From Somniosus microcephalus (taxonomy: Eukaryota): a stretch of DNA of 64,000 nt. Of this stretch, positions 49,988-64,000 are shown in pieces. The stretch is from positions 60,636,001-60,700,000 of the forward strand of contig CM126209.1 in NCBI GenBank assembly GCA_052327205.1. Direction: 5' to 3'. The position numbers and the translations under genes were made by a program. Positions within the stretch are counted from its first letter, which is position 1. Every line of letters starts with the position of its first letter. The notes under the pieces were generated by a model. That model worked only from the letters and a program-made list of their open reading frames with translations, did no database searches and was not told where the DNA came from.

Positions 49988-52076
49988 CTTAAAAAAGTTT
50001 TAAAAAGTGTAACCAGAAATGGAGATACCTTGTTAAAACACATCACATATCAACTCGATCATAAGCACCAACCAGTAAGTAGCCCAATCCTTTAATTAAG
50101 CAGCAGTAGGTCAAGGTTCCTCCTATAATAGCACAAGGCAGTTTTACCTTCAGGGAGTGTTGCTGACTGCAGACACACAGTTTTCCATAAATTATAATTA
50201 AGTGTTCTGATCTCTGGAGACCCAATATTACAAACCCAAATTTTCATGGCCTTTGTGTTCTGCCATTGGATTAAGTGCCTCCTTCTGTTTTCCTAAATGC
50301 ACAAAACCACTTTGTGCCCTTGCGTCACACTATTTCATAGAACAGCAATGGCTCTGCATTGATTCAGATCTCCTTTGACTGCTTTAAAAAAAAACAGAAC
50401 TTTGTTGGAGGCGTTCAGGTTAGCGTATTGACGCTATCGTTAATTCAGACCTATGCCTATTGAGAGAGAATTTTTTTCCTCTTTACTTGCCTCCTCATTC
50501 TAACTTCCCAGCCCTAACCAGCATGTGTCACAACCTACAACTGTGTTATGACATGTTTTTCAAGCCACATCTGAAACAACCTCCAAGGGATCTACAGCAA
50601 AAGTGGTATAGAGATCATAGATATCTGTATGAATACTGCTCTCTCAAGATGCTAATATTAAGGTAAAAATGCTATAAAGGAGGTCAAATTTATGTTGAAG
50701 ACCTTTCCTTCATAACAGAAAAAAATTAAAGCTCAGTAAAGCTCAATTTCTCATGATAAACTATTATCCTTTATCTAAATGTAAACTATTACTAACAAAT
50801 TTCCATCCATGTTCATTTGGGATACAATTTAAATTATATCATACTGGTTCATTACAAGTCCCTATGGCTTTAATCCTTCTAGTAAGTGAACATTTAAGAA
50901 AAGCTGCTACTTTGGTTTGCTGAAGATGGTGATAAAATATGAAAACCCACATACAAAAAACATTGTCATCTGCCATCACAGGGGTCCTTAGCATACCTCA
51001 GGAAGTTTTACACTGGTGTTACACAAGATTTGCAGAATCATTACCCAGGGTTCTTCTCCTTATATAAAAATTGAAGAAGGAAAATCTAGATACATCTTAT
51101 TTTGTTCAAAGTGTACCCTCTATTGCATTTTGAAAAAATATATTGCCACAAAAATACTTTGACTTGTTATTTTCTCACCTCCATGGAGACTCAGGAGGCC
51201 ATGGCTCTTCACTGCTAGGCGCTCTAGTGATGTCACTAATGGAAGACTTATGTATTAGAGTAGGTCCATTGCTTGAACAAGCATGACCAATCAGGTACTG
51301 TTGGACCCCCACAGAAATATGCTCTAAATTTTAGAGTCAAAAACTTGTTTTGCGATATATAGCATTGGCAGGGAAATGAATGGCTCGGGCTAATCTAAAG
51401 GTGCAGCCCCCAAAGCAGCTGCATCTGTACTTCCTTTACTGGGCTACATGGAACACTTTCACCAAACGGGGCAGTAGCAGACAGATTATCTACTGCATGC
51501 ACAGATCAACAGCTAGTTCAATAATTAAATAAAAATTTAAATTCTTGCTTCCGCATGAATGTGCTGAGCATCGGAATTCCAAAGACAAAAACGGAAAGCA
51601 TTAATCTAGCATGTGGGTAACTGAGTGCTCCAGCAAGATTCAAAGCAATAGTTCACTGCATCACCAAAACTAGGTGATACTTTGCTGCAATTTGTGCACC
51701 TATAGCACAGTTTCTTAGGGTTAAGTGCGCACAAGCCATAGGCTAGTCTGAAGTTGCAGCCCCTTCTGTTTCCTATGGAGCTGCTCCACGGTGCACAGGG
51801 AACTTCCAGCCAGTGACATCGCGGGTGCAGCCTAGCAGAGGGAGAAAGAGAACTGACTTGATGGGTCACCAGGAAGGCAGTAAAATTCATGTTCTGACTT
51901 AAGATGGCAAAAAGAATTCTGGTATGTACATATAGTTTCTTCTATAAAAAAGGGGAGAACTTTGAAAGAGAGATTTCCCCCAGACTTTCTTTCCCCTTTA
52001 AATGTTATGTTCAATTTAATAGGTGTAAACAATACATTCTTTGCATGGAGAACAATTTAATATTTTTCTACTTTAC

Positions 52077-52247
52077 CTTGTCAAGAGTGAATAAATCCAG
52101 AAGCTGGTCTGTCCCCATGCTCTGGAAACTTGCATTCTCTTGGCTAATGATAGTATTTGCAATGCTCATTTTAAACTTCTGTAATCCCATGATTTTCTCT
52201 TCTAATGTTCCTCTTGTTATTAATCGGTAAACATTAACAACTCGTTT
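52077..52247 (-). CDS. BTAF1: BTAF1 exon
   Basis: KRVVNVYRLITRGTLEEKIMGLQKFK...DQLLDLFTLDK; AG/GT flanks; 171 bp. Confidence 0.95.
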
Positions 52248-52574
52248 CTGGAAAATAAAGAAAAAATGTTTAAATATTCAAATTAATGACTTTTCACCCA
52301 GGTTCCTGGGCTGCTAGAGCCTGCATCAGCTTGTCAGTTTTCCATGGTTATATTTCTACTTGTTTTACACCTTCCTGTGTCTTGTAAATATCTAATTTCT
52401 CTCATTATGCCTCATGTTTATATCACTTCAACCATTAAGCCAATTCCTGTTTCCAATTTAAGCACTTTACAGGTCATTCTATTTCTTCTTTCGTGTGTTT
52501 CCATCTGCATGCATTTTCTTTCCTTCCCTTTACCTTTATTCTATTCCTTTTAAATGTTGTTCATCTGTAACATC

Positions 52575-52675
52575 TTCCAATGCTGATGAAGGGGCCACAC
52601 TTGAAACATTAACTTGCTTGTTCTCTTCACAGATGCCAACTGACCGGAGTGTTTTGAGCATTTTCTGTTTTTGTT
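52575..52675 (+). repeat. Degenerate Penelope pseudo-LTR-like remnant with a decayed hammerhead-like core
   Basis: CTGATGAAGGG...TTGAAACATTAAC...CACAGATGC...GACC resembles the pLTR sequence at ~45100-45180. Confidence 0.45.
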
Positions 52676-54859
52676 TAAGGACTATTTTTTCTCAATTTTA
52701 TTTGTATTCAGTGGAATGTCAGTTGAGACAGGCCAAAGTCAGCGTATTCAAATGAACAGGTAAGTCACAACCAACAAAGCAAATCACTTCCTAAGCCAGA
52801 ATCAGTCAAGCGCATAGCAATACTCAGGCAGCAGAGTTAGGCAACACCAGGAACTTTGCAACAAAGATGTTGTAGACCAGAGTCAGTTCGATTGAGGTCC
52901 TCTAAAAACTGAGTATAACTGTATAATCTGAAATATTGGTTCCAGAGCTTAGAACATTAAGACTTATGCTTTAAATTGTTAAAAATATAGTTTTATGTGG
53001 GGAACCTTGATGGTAGTGGGGAAGGAATAGAGAAGATTGCTTTTCATTAAAAGCACTCGCTATTCTCACCTACAATGACTTCAGTTCCATCAGTCTAGGC
53101 TGGATTCCAACACAATTCAAAATAGACTGCATTCTAACCCATTGCAGCATTCACTCAGTTAAATTTGTATTTTTATGGCCGTCAGAACTTTCAATATTGA
53201 ACCTTTAATATTGTTCTGTAAAAACTTAACTTTTGCATGCTGCTCAAACTGCTCTCCCTACTAACTATACTGCTTGCTTTTCTGTGATCAATCCCACTTT
53301 GCCCAGCAACAGGCTAGAGCCAACAGCGGCAGAGCAAAAGGGGCTGATGATGTTAGTGTCTCCTCACTTGATGAGCAGAAGGGGGAAATTACACACCATT
53401 GTAGACTGGCCAGATCAAACACATTACAGAGCATCAGATGAAGTATTTAAAAGTGAACTAATAAGAGGAAATCCAAATTTTGGGAATTCCTGAAATATTA
53501 CTCTGCTGGTTTCATCTGTAATAAGAGGAGCACTTTGAAGTGCTTCTCTGAGTTAGTATGTTAGTATTGAGAAGTTCTCCGTGTAACAGGATGATCGACA
53601 GGTACGGCAAGGTACACCTTGCTGCACTGCAAAATTAGCCCTGGTTACTTCGCATCTGTGGAATTAGAACAATGTTGGCTACAATTAATTGATCAACTAT
53701 AGGGGAGCAAATGTTCATTAAAAAAAAAGTGCAAGGCCACCGGAGGACTTAATGTGTTTCCATGCAAGGTTTCATCCAGGTTGCTCAAAACTCAAATTCT
53801 ATTGAGACATTTTAATGGAAATGCTAGGCAGCTCCAATCATGAGATTTAGAAACATGCCCTCCACAGCTCTCAGTACTAGACTGTTAAAGAAAATTCATG
53901 AATTTGTTAACACCATCTCTTGTGGGTGAATAATTATCCACCTCAAATACTTTCAGATAGACATGATCTCTACACTAATGTGACAAAAGTAGGAACTTCT
54001 GTCTTTAGTTTTACATCATTTCAAGCAGATTGGGAATTAAAACTCAGACTGTTATCTTAACTCAATACAAATTGGAAGGCAAGAGACAACCAAGGGAAAG
54101 ATTTTTTTGATCTGGGATCAGTTAAGAAAATGACTTTGCTGGCTGAAATAGATGTTTAAAATATTAATACAGGCAGCCTGACAGGCTGGGATGTAGTTTC
54201 CATTGTAGTCCACGTGTGAAAACCAGTTTGGAAATATGAGGTTTGTCAGACAGAATATTTTTCTTCAAGATTGATTGCTGATTCGTATTGAGAACACTGC
54301 AAGTACTCCCCAGCCTTCCTCTTTGAATGGTTTCAAATCATTTTTTGTTAATGTTTTGTGAATGGGCCTGTAGCTCCCTGGGTCACAATCAGTTGCGCTT
54401 TTGCACAAGGTTTGCTTGCTTCTAGCCTGCAAAATCTCACCAATGCCCAAAAATTCATTCATCATCACATTTACTATGAAAATTTCCATCACAACCTTCC
54501 ATCTAACTCGGGGGTTTTTATTAGTCTAAATTTCTTAAATTTATCAAGTATCTCTGGCACGCAGGCTTCAAATTCCTCTAGGATATTGGGGGGGGTGGGT
54601 ACTACAAAAATTGGATAGCACCTTAGTGGCATCCTCTTTAATGAATACTTCTAGAAAATATTAATTTACTATTTTAACTTTTACTTCTTCAGTTATAGCA
54701 ACACGTTTCATCTTTTCGAATTTCATCTTCCTAGCTATTATTTAATTGTTATGATACTGCAAGAATGTCTAGTGATTTCTCAGCATCTTTTGCTACCCTC
54801 ATCTGTTGGTTGCTACTCGCACTAGCAAAAACAGTGATGGAAGCAGAATTAATAATAGT

Positions 54860-54998
54860 TTTTAAAAGTGGATCAACATTTGGGGGATAAAATGGGTTCG
54901 GAGAACAGACAGTGGAATACGACTAAGTGGATAGTTGTTTGAGAGTTAGCACAGGCACAATGGGCCCCATCCTGTGCTGTAAAATTCTGTTTCTATGA
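54860..54998 (+). repeat. Short degenerate CR1 3' end
   Basis: GGCACAATGGGCC...TGTGCTGTAA...TTCTATGA resembles the CR1 tail at 57500-57572. Confidence 0.5.
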
Positions 54999-55329
54999 TG
55001 TCCTATGGTGTCTCTAATGCAGGAAACAAATTGAAGGACCCAAGGTTATACTGTATCTAGATTAATATCAGAAGACACGCAAGTTGGCATTTGTCAAGCA
55101 TGTTTGAATAAGTATACACATTCCTGTTCACTGGATTAGGTTATAATTTAATCATTATTTTAACATTCCTTCAAAATATGGACCCTCGTATAAAATAAAT
55201 TTATTCTCAACTTGCACATAAATATTAATTCTCCAACTTTATCGCTCTATAGAGGTGAATCTTTATTGCATGGTATTGGGAGTATTTTGCATAATTTGTT
55301 CCAAAGAATGTTCTTGCAACACATTGTTA

Positions 55330-55662
<333 letters not shown>

Positions 55663-55751
55663 TTAATTAGTACATATAATCCAACAAGATGTATTTCATG
55701 CTATATTCACAGTTGTGCTTAAAATATTTTGTTCAAAAGCAAAATTACATT

Positions 55752-56440
55752 GGCCCAGAAATTCAGGTCTCCATGGGTGAGTGCGCACGGGGTACTCACC
55801 CGTAGGCCCAATGGAAGTGCCGGTTTCGTGCATGCACTGCATATGCGTGGGAAACCGGAACTTCCGTTCCCTTGAAAGAAGGGGTTCAGAGGTGGAACGC
55901 GTGCGCCGGAGAGGCAGCGCGTGCGCATTGAACTTGCGTTTTTTCCAGGTTTTTCCGGGAGAGTAAGTCTCCAGCAGTTACACATATAAAGCAAGGCCTG
56001 CTTTTAACAAGGTAAGTGGTGAATTAATTAAAATTAAAACATTTTTTCCCCCATAGGTTTATTATTTTAAAATACTTTAAGGAAAGGTAAGTTTATTTTT
56101 AGCCCCGTTAGAAAATGTAATTAATTTTTTCAAAAATTTAAATTGTTTAAAATAGTTATTTTATATAATTTATAGTTATTTTAAAAATGTGATTTAAAAT
56201 TTTTTTTATTTGAAGTTTGTGATTTTTGGGGCTTATAGTATTTATGGTTTTGACAGCTCTTCCTGTCAATTTTATGAATGGGCATTTCCCTGCTACCACT
56301 GGCTCTCCATGGCCCACGTGATCCCAGGGGACGCATCGAATTAACTGCGCCCCTGGGATACGCAAGCACTGCGCGCCGGCAGTTGGAGCAGGCCCAGGAT
56401 TGGAATCCCACGCGGAGCCACAGGATAGGAGTGAAAATCC
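55752..56440. mobile_element. Probable Harbinger-type MITE remnant
   Basis: Starts GGCCCAGAAATTC, like the other Harbinger TIRs here; GC-rich arms around an AT-rich core; no right TIR found. Confidence 0.45.
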
Positions 56441-56557
56441 TCACTGATCTTTTTCTTCCCTTGTCTAGGGTGCTGAAGCTAATTGTAGCACACTAGGTGG
56501 CCAAGACCAACTAACTTAGTACAAACCAGGGATGGAAACTGGAATCTTCTGGTCTGT

Positions 56558-57572
56558 GTATTCTATAGGCCACCAACTAGTGTGAAGGATATAGAGGAGC
56601 AAATTTGCAGGGAAATTACAGAGAGGTGCAAGAGCTATAGAGTAGTGATAATGGGGGACTTCAACTATCCTAATACAGACTGGGACAGTAATACTGTAAA
56701 GGGCAGAGGAGGAAGAATTTGAGGTGTGGTCAAGAGAACTTTCTTGATCAGTACGGTTCCAGCCCAATGAGGAAGGAGGCATTGCTGGATCCGGTTCTGG
56801 GGAATGAGGTGGGTCAAGTGTCAGTAGGGGCACATTTAGGGAACAGTGATCATAGTATCATAAGGTTTAGATTAGCTATGGAAAAGGACAGGGAGCAATC
56901 TAGAGTAAAAATATTGGAGGGAGGCCAATTTCAGTGGGTTGAGAATGGATCTGGCCCGGGTAAATTGGAATCAACGATTGGCAGGCAAAACTGTAATCAA
57001 ACAATGGGGTGTCTTTAAAGAGGAGATGGTTCGGTTACAGTTGAGGTAATTCCCACGCGGGGGAAAGGTAGGGCAACCAAAGTCAGAGCTCCCTGGATGA
57101 CGAAAGAGATAGACAGTAAGATGAAGCAGAAAAAGGGGGTGTATGACAGATGTCAGGTTGAGAATACAAGCGAGAACCAGGCTGAATATAGAAAGTTCAG
57201 AGGCAAAGTGAAAAAGGAAATAAGAAGGGCAAAGAGAATGAGAATAGATTGTCAGCTAACATAAAAGGAATCCAAAAGTCTTCTATAGGCATATTAAATA
57301 GTAAACGGGTAGATTTAAGGTGATTGGCAGAAGAACCAAAGGCGACATGAGGAAAAACTTTTTTACGCAGCAAGTGGTTAAGATCTGGAATGCACTGGAG
57401 GTAGATTCAATCATGGCTTTCAAAAGGGAATTGGATAAGTACCTGAAGGAAAACATTTTGCAGGGAAAGGGCAAGGGAGTGGGACTAGCTGAAGTGCTCT
57501 TGCAGAGAGCTGGCACGGGCTTGATGGGCTGAATGGCCTCCTTCTGTGCTGTAACCATTCTATGATTCTATG
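56558..57572 (+). mobile_element. Degenerate, internally deleted CR1
   Basis: YRPP, MGDFNYP, LGNSDH, then a jump to RKNFFTQ...FKRELDKYL; TTCTATGA tail. Confidence 0.85.
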
Positions 57573-57676
57573 TGTGGCCTATTGCAGGACACTGTGTACT
57601 TAACCACTAAGTCATGGGAGCCCTTACACCAAGTGTCATTACACTGCAGCTATCAGTTTTTAGGTATCTTGCCTAC

Positions 57677-57888
57677 CTTGCCACAATGGAATGTCTCTGG
57701 CCTGCAGGCACGCTGCCATCCAGTCTTAAGTAAGTAATACTTGACATCTGAGGTTTGAGCAAATCATGTTCTACAATGTCCAACATGCTCTTCAATTGAC
57801 AGAAAATGAGAACTCTATGTTGAGCTACAACAGACTCAGTACCATTTTCTGAAGCTCCACTATTGCCAAGTCCACAGTCAAGCAGCAA
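57677..57888 (-). CDS. BTAF1: BTAF1 exon
   Basis: LLLDCGLG...QHRVLIFCQLKSMLDIVEHDLLKP...YLRLDGSVPAGQRHSIVAR; 212 bp; AG/GT flanks. Confidence 0.96.
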
Positions 57889-58720
57889 CTAGAAAAAATA
57901 AATTAATTATAGAATATAATTTTTTTACCCAGTCACAGAATCAGTCATTTCAAAAGAGCATGAATTCAATGTGGGAAATTGAACAAAAGTAGAATGTCAT
58001 GGTAACATGTTGAGGACTCGGTCTTCAACCTTCAAGTCTTTCAAACTCATCTGCCTTCATGAAGCAAATTCCTTCGGTCCTGCACCTTGGCTAGGTTTAG
58101 ATAAAAAGTAGTAAGCCAGCAAGTATATTGAGAAAGATAAGAAAAACGGTCAGGTAACATTTGTAGCAGACAATCCCGATTTCACAATTAAGTGGGTTGG
58201 GTGGGGATGCGGGGTTGCAGGAATGTAGCTTAAGGAGACACCAGAGCCTGAAAAAGGTGGAAAATAATCACATTTTCCAAATCATTCCAGCAAATCCTAG
58301 TAATGATTTTAAAATTAGTGAGGCACTGCTATTCCTCTTCCAAATGATGACAATTTAATCCAGGACCTCTGTTAACACCAGGTTCTGTATGGCACTTGAG
58401 AGTAGCAGAGTTAACTAATGTATACTCTGTACACTTTCTCCTTCTCTAACCACCACCCCGCAACTGGCCTGCTTCATTTAGGAGGTGTGCGCGCGTGTGG
58501 TGGGGTGAAAAAAAAAAAATCACATTAAAATCCTGTGTGCAACTCCTTGGTATACAATTTCAGAACCATTTGCACAAAGTTTTTAAATAGCACTAAAATA
58601 TTTTTAAGGACTACTAGTGTAATTTAAAAGTACTTCAAATTGGTCTCGACCAATAATCATCTCCAAGCACAATGCAACACAAGTCCAAAGGAAAAGACAG
58701 TACTAAATTTCAAACAATAC

Positions 58721-58873
58721 CTGCTTTAAAGCAGAGAGCTTTGGAGCATGCTGAATATCATGAAGAGATGAATTTTGAGTAGCAAGCTGGTCTAGAATAT
58801 GCTGAAATTCTGGATGTTGTGAAGTCAGTACCAGTGCTGGATGATTGCAGAGTTTCCTCAAGTACTGTAAAGC
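58721..58873 (-). CDS. BTAF1: BTAF1 exon
   Basis: ALQYLRKLCNHPALVL...DIQHAPKLSALKQ; 153 bp; AG/GT flanks. Confidence 0.96.
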
Positions 58874-59009
58874 CTAGAAACAAAGAGTCAATTCAAATAT
58901 GCTACCATGTTTTCCCTTTACTATCATTGCTTCTGTAAATCTCAGAATCAAAATGTTGCATCGGAATATTTATGTAGTCGTTTGCTTTTGACATTTCATT
59001 GAATATTTT

Positions 59010-59721
59010 GGGCTAAAAATTCAGTTTGGGGCGCCAAGCTCGCCTGGGCGCCGGAATTACCGCTGCGCGCGGAGCCACTTGCAACATCGGGATATTCAGT
59101 TTCAGCGCCCCAAGTGGAATCCGGCCGCTAAACAAGGCTTCGGCGCCCCGCTTGGGGCGCTGAAACTGAATATCGGCGCGCAAAGTGCCGCAGCGCCACC
59201 CGCTGCGGCACGGCAGGCTGCGGTACTGCAGGCCTGCCTCCCACTGTTAAGGGGGAGGTGCCTGCAACAGCACGATCCCCGCTCGCGAGTGCCGGCAAAT
59301 GAGCCCGGCACCAAGGAGAAGTGCCGGGCTCTCGGGAAACAGCCGGCAATGCCGCGGGGGGGGGGGGGGGTGTGTGTGTAGGAGGCCGGGGACGGAGGTG
59401 CGGGCAGGCGGCCGCCGAAAAAGCGGCCAGCTGCACCTCCACCTTAACTCGCCCCACTACCGCCACAGGTAGGCCCGTGTACCGGTCGGTCGCTATTTGC
59501 GGCCGGCGCGGAGGAGGCGGGCGCGACCAAATATGGCCAGCGGGGCGATAGCGGGGCGCTGTGCACACCGATGACGTCATCGGTGGCGGCGCAGCGCTAC
59601 AGGCTAATGCCGCCATTAGCGCTCTGCTAAATATCGCGGTAGGTGTGGCCAGTGGCGCAAAAGCCACTTAGTGCCCTCTTTGGGCGCAAACTGGTGGCGC
59701 AGGCCACTGAATTTCTAGGCC
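59010..59721. mobile_element. Harbinger-type MITE in a BTAF1 intron
   Basis: TIRs GGGCTAAAAATTCAGT and GGCCTAGAAATTCAGT (14/16); TTT on both sides; GC-rich. Confidence 0.85.
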
Positions 59722-61179
59722 TTTCTCTCTAAATTTATTATGCAGCAGACACTTCCTGTGCTTACAGGAAGGTTACACCACATTATGTTAGTTTTAAGCT
59801 GTAAAGTATGTATACGGTATGTATACTTACCTTTATGTCCTCTTAAAGCTGGATGGCAATATATTTCACAGTGCCACCTGCTTCATGAAGCTCTCCTGTT
59901 TCTCAGTGCACTCGCCCCCAATTCTCACACGCAACTTCAGCTGCCTGTCCTCACCTTGCCCGTTGCTCCCCGCACTGCTATCTTCAGCCTCAGCCAATAG
60001 GTTTTCTACCTCATTTCCCCTCCCCACCATAGACCTCCTGCCACCTCTTCACCGGTTTCCAACACCAGAGAGCTGGGAAACTGGCCGTTTAATTTTTGAA
60101 GAGTTAATTTTGTTATAACGTACAGTCAACAGCAAAGCTAGTAGGGTGGGGGAGAGAGGCAGAAGACGTTACAGCAAGGGTGGGATGATGGAATGGGGAG
60201 AGGACAGGAGGCAAAAAGAGAAGAGCAGGGAAGGATCAAGGTGCAGGGAGGGGAAGAAGATGCAGCAAAGGTGGAGGAGAGAAGAGCGCGAGAAAGAACA
60301 CGATAAAAATCATAACAGACTATAGTGATTACACATCTTATACTCAACTTCAAAAAGCATATTAAGTTGAGGGGCAAAAGGTGTCTTTTCCAATCCCAAT
60401 TTGAGATCTTCAAAAGAGAGTTTAATTTCAAAAGCAAGCAAAACCTCTTAATTATCATTTGTGTTTTGTTGCTAATTAGAAAATGTAAACATTCTAATTC
60501 TAACATGAGAAAGAGAGAACACGAGAGGGAGCGCGAAAGAGATCACGCATGCGAGAGAACAAAAACAAGGGTGTGAGAGAGTGTGAGCGAGGCAGTAAGA
60601 GCGCGAGAGACGGGCACACACACACTTCCAGGAACCAATCACAAAACACCAAATTTAATGTTCGTAAAGATCTCACGGAAAGTTACAAACCAGTACTGCC
60701 AGACTCAGACCTCCACCATATTTAGTAGGATGAGGCCCATGTTTTCACCCTCCCCTCACTACTGGCAGGCACCAGTAAGCCAAATCCCACATTTCATCCA
60801 AGTTCTGTCAAATCACAGGTTCCCTCCCCATATCGCCATATGACAGTAGTCCTAGCACACTGCTGCTAAAGCCCAAAACAGTCCAGAGTGCTACTAAAAT
60901 GCAGGGCCACCCCTAGTGTAGCTAAACACCACACCCCTCATCTAGTACAGCTAAATACTAGAGCACTAAAATTCCAGACAGGAAGAGGTCGGTGATGTTT
61001 TCTTGATAGGAGACAATCATGTTAAACTTTAAATCTCTCTTCCCAGGCCTTTAGCAACTCTAGATGCCAGGGATGCACAGGTGTCATTTGTACCAATGTT
61101 GTTAGGACGTAAACAGAAGAAAATACAGCACATGATATAGTTTCCTCATTTGCATGGCCCCATAATACGCCCGTGCTCA

Positions 61180-61940
61180 GATCCACCAGACTGCACTCCT
61201 TCTCCATCAACAAGCATTTACGCATCACCTTTAATATGCAAAAACATCCCCAGGTGCTTCACAGATGCATAAGGAAACAAATGGACCCTGAGTAGGAGGG
61301 GTGAGAAAAAGCTTGGCTAGAGTTGAGTTTGCAGGAGGGTCATAAATGGAGAGAAAGGTAGAGAGGCAGAGAGGGTTAGGGAGAGAATCTTAGTGTTGGG
61401 CCTAAGCAGCTGAAGGCATGGCTGCCAAAGGTGGGGCAATGCACAAGAGGCTGGAGTCAGAGGAATGGTGAGTTTGGGGGAGGTGGATTTTAGCACCAGG
61501 AGGTTTTAGAGATAGGGAGGGGTGAGGCCATGGACTGAATTAAACATAAGAATGAGAATTTTAAATCGGAGGTGTTGGGGGGAGTGTCAGCCAATGTAGG
61601 TCAGTGAGCACAGGGGTGATGGTGAGAAGGACTTGGTGCGAAATAGGATACTAGTAGCAGAGATTTTGATCAGCTGACATTTATAGACGGTGGAGGATGA
61701 GAGGCCAGCCAAGAAAGCATTGGAATAGCCGAGTCTGGAGGTGACAAAGGCATGGATGAGGGTTTCAGCAGCGGATGAGCCGAGGTAAGGATGGAGACAG
61801 GCAATGTTACGGAGGTAGAAGTAGGGAGGCTTTCTGATGAGAGGGGATGGGGGTCAGAAACTCAGCTTGGGGTTGAGTAGGTTGCTGAGGTAGTGAACAG
61901 TCTGATTCAGCCTAAGACAGTGGCCAACAAGTGGGATGAA
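61180..61940 (-). mobile_element. Degenerate L2-like LINE 3' region
   Basis: Purine-rich + strand with L2-type motifs (GGAATAGCCGAGTCTGGAGGTGACAAAGGCATGGATGAG, reading LIHAFVTSRLGYS on the minus strand). Confidence 0.65.
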
Positions 61941-62371
61941 GCATGTTGCCTACATCCAAAGACAAAAAAAAGAGGAAAGTGACAGAAAAAACTATATAAA
62001 AAGGGTTAAATGTTAACATGTTATTGATTTGGCCTCAGCCCCAGGAACTCGTCTGATCCCGCTTCAACCAGATGAACACTTCTGCTCTTAGTCTCAGCCC
62101 CTGGACTTTAGCATGCTATTACTGAGGAACAAAACTGAACCCATTCAATCATTTTGGGCCTCATGTTTCACCCTATCACACTCCATCTCGTCGTTCACCA
62201 AATTGCTCCACTCCTCAATAACTATCCAATACTCTGCTTCCATTCCTGTGCTGCATTCCTTAACTTGTATCCAAGCCTACCCATGAGCAAAGTCACATGA
62301 GGTCTACTAGTTATTAAAATGAAATAATGGCATTCAAATGCTTCAATGTGTGAATTCACAGCTTTAAAAAA

Positions 62372-62865
62372 GTGTGTTCTCGCTCAGGCCAACATCCCCA
62401 GCATCGAAGCTTTGACCACGCTCAATCAGCTCTGATGGACGGGCCACATCGTCCGCATGCCCGATACGAGACTCCCAAAACAAGCGCTCTACTCAGAGCT
62501 CCGACACGGCAAGAGAGCCCCAGGTGGGCAGAGAAAACGCTTCAAGGACACTCTCAGCCTCCTTGAAAAAGTGCAACATCCCCACCAACACCTGGCCCAA
62601 AACCGCACGAAGTGGAGGAGAAGCATCCGGGAAGGCGCCGAACACCGAGTCTCTTCGCCGGGAGCAAGCGGAAGCCAAGCGCAAACAGCGGAAGGTGTGC
62701 ACGTCAATCCAAGCACCCCACCCACTCGCCCCTTCAACCACCATCTGCCCCACCTGTGACGGAGACTGTAGGTCCCGCACTGGACTCATCAGTCACCTGA
62801 GAACTAATTGTTAGTGTGGAAGCAAGTCATCCTCGGCTCTGAGGGACTGCCTAAGAAGAAAAAAA
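62372..62865 (+). mobile_element. RTE (BovB-like) LINE 3' fragment
   Basis: GHIVRMPDTRLPKQALYSEL...GGQRKRFKDTL; terminal CPTC...GLISHLRT; AAG/A-rich tail. Confidence 0.85.
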
Positions 62866-63148
62866 GCATGGCTAGATGAAGTCTGATGTTTTACTCTGCA
62901 TATTGATCCACCGGTCACAATGCAGGAACAGAATAGTCTGTAGGTTATTAAGGTGTTTGGAGGCAAAGCCTTATATGAGCATCTATTACTTCCATCAGTA
63001 GTTTAGTAATCCAGAATTGATCCAAAGCAAACAGCAAACTAAATGTAATGTACTTAACTCTTTCAGAACTAGACCGACCTAGTATTAGCCTCAAGTACAG
63101 CTCTGTTTGGTGTCAAGAACCTGGGAGAATCTCAAGAAAAACATTTAC

Positions 63149-63274
63149 CTGAAATACATGTCCAGTAGCCTTCAGTTTAGGTTTTTCATTTTCTTCCGAG
63201 AGTGTACCTGTAGATATTGTTTCTTCAACGTCACACTTAGCACGAGATTTGGCAAAATCTTCATATAGTTGTAC
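63149..63274 (-). CDS. BTAF1: BTAF1 exon
   Basis: VQLYEDFAKSRAKCDVEE...KATGHVFQ; 126 bp; AG/GT flanks. Confidence 0.95.
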
Positions 63275-63581
63275 CTATAAATAAAAGATTATAGTGTCTA
63301 AGTGAACATAAGACAGCAAGGAACAAGAAAATATCATTGGTCCATCAAACATATTTGTCCTACAGAACATTCTCCATTTTGGTAGGTCATTTCAAAAATC
63401 ATCTACATTTCTTGTGAAATTATTTATAGTCCTCAGTTTTCTCACCATGATTTCCAAACAATTTTCCTGGATTTCTTAAGCTTTCTACTCAGTATCTGAT
63501 TAAATTCAGGTCACATCTAAATTGTTGACGCAAAATATTAGGTGTCTTTTTTCATGATATATCTGTAATATTACAACATAC

Positions 63582-63712
63582 CTGTAAAGTACTGAGATTA
63601 CAGTAATAGTCTTGAATAATCTTGGGTGGAAGATCCTGAAGGACATCTTCCTTCATTCTGCGAAGCAGGAATGGAAGTACTTGTCGATGTAATGCTTCCA
63701 TTGCAAGAACAC
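63582..63712 (-). CDS. BTAF1: BTAF1 exon; the gene continues beyond the right edge
   Basis: VLAMEALHRQVLPFLLRRMKEDVLQDLPPKIIQDYYCNLSTLQ; 131 bp; AG/GT flanks. Confidence 0.96.
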
Positions 63713-64000
63713 CTATGGTATGTGCATTGCATAATGGACAATGTTAGTTAAAAATCAGCAATTCAGAGTAATGCACGAATAGGAAATTGAAATCGGAAAT
63801 CTCACTACACAGAATTACTTTAATACATTCATTACTATCTTTATCAATCAAAAACATTGATAGTCATTACAACAGCTTGAAGATGATGAAAATAATAAAA
63901 TTATAAACTATCAATTGAAGCACTCATTTAATAAACAAGTTTTAAAGTGAAGTACTTTCATATACTTCATTACTTTCATATACTTGATTTAAAAAAGAAT

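Noticed and set aside
60138-60843. Short ORFs in a BTAF1 intron
   Set aside because: Low-complexity purine-rich sequence; the flanking BTAF1 exons already join in phase.

Overview
Eukaryotic, not prokaryotic, DNA; the repeat families and BTAF1 protein suggest a cartilaginous fish (inference). Positions ~1-45.5 kb are a densely nested transposon field: CR1 LINEs, four Mag-type Gypsy LTR elements, an internally deleted BEL/Pao element, a two-gene PIF/Harbinger transposon, a Harbinger-type MITE and a Penelope-like element with minimal hammerhead ribozymes. Positions ~48.5-64 kb hold the last seven coding exons and 3' UTR of BTAF1 on the minus strand, with repeats in the introns. The most unusual item is a young Gypsy element at 26412-31207 (near-identical LTRs, PBS, PPT, TSD). 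It keeps gag and protease, but RT, RNase H and integrase are replaced by an apparently fused mosaic of host-like coding fragments: ANKRD24/RAI14/UACA-like coiled coil in scrambled, back-splice-like order, plus a DNAJC21-like zinc finger. These host-gene identities come from my recall of the human proteins and need a database search.
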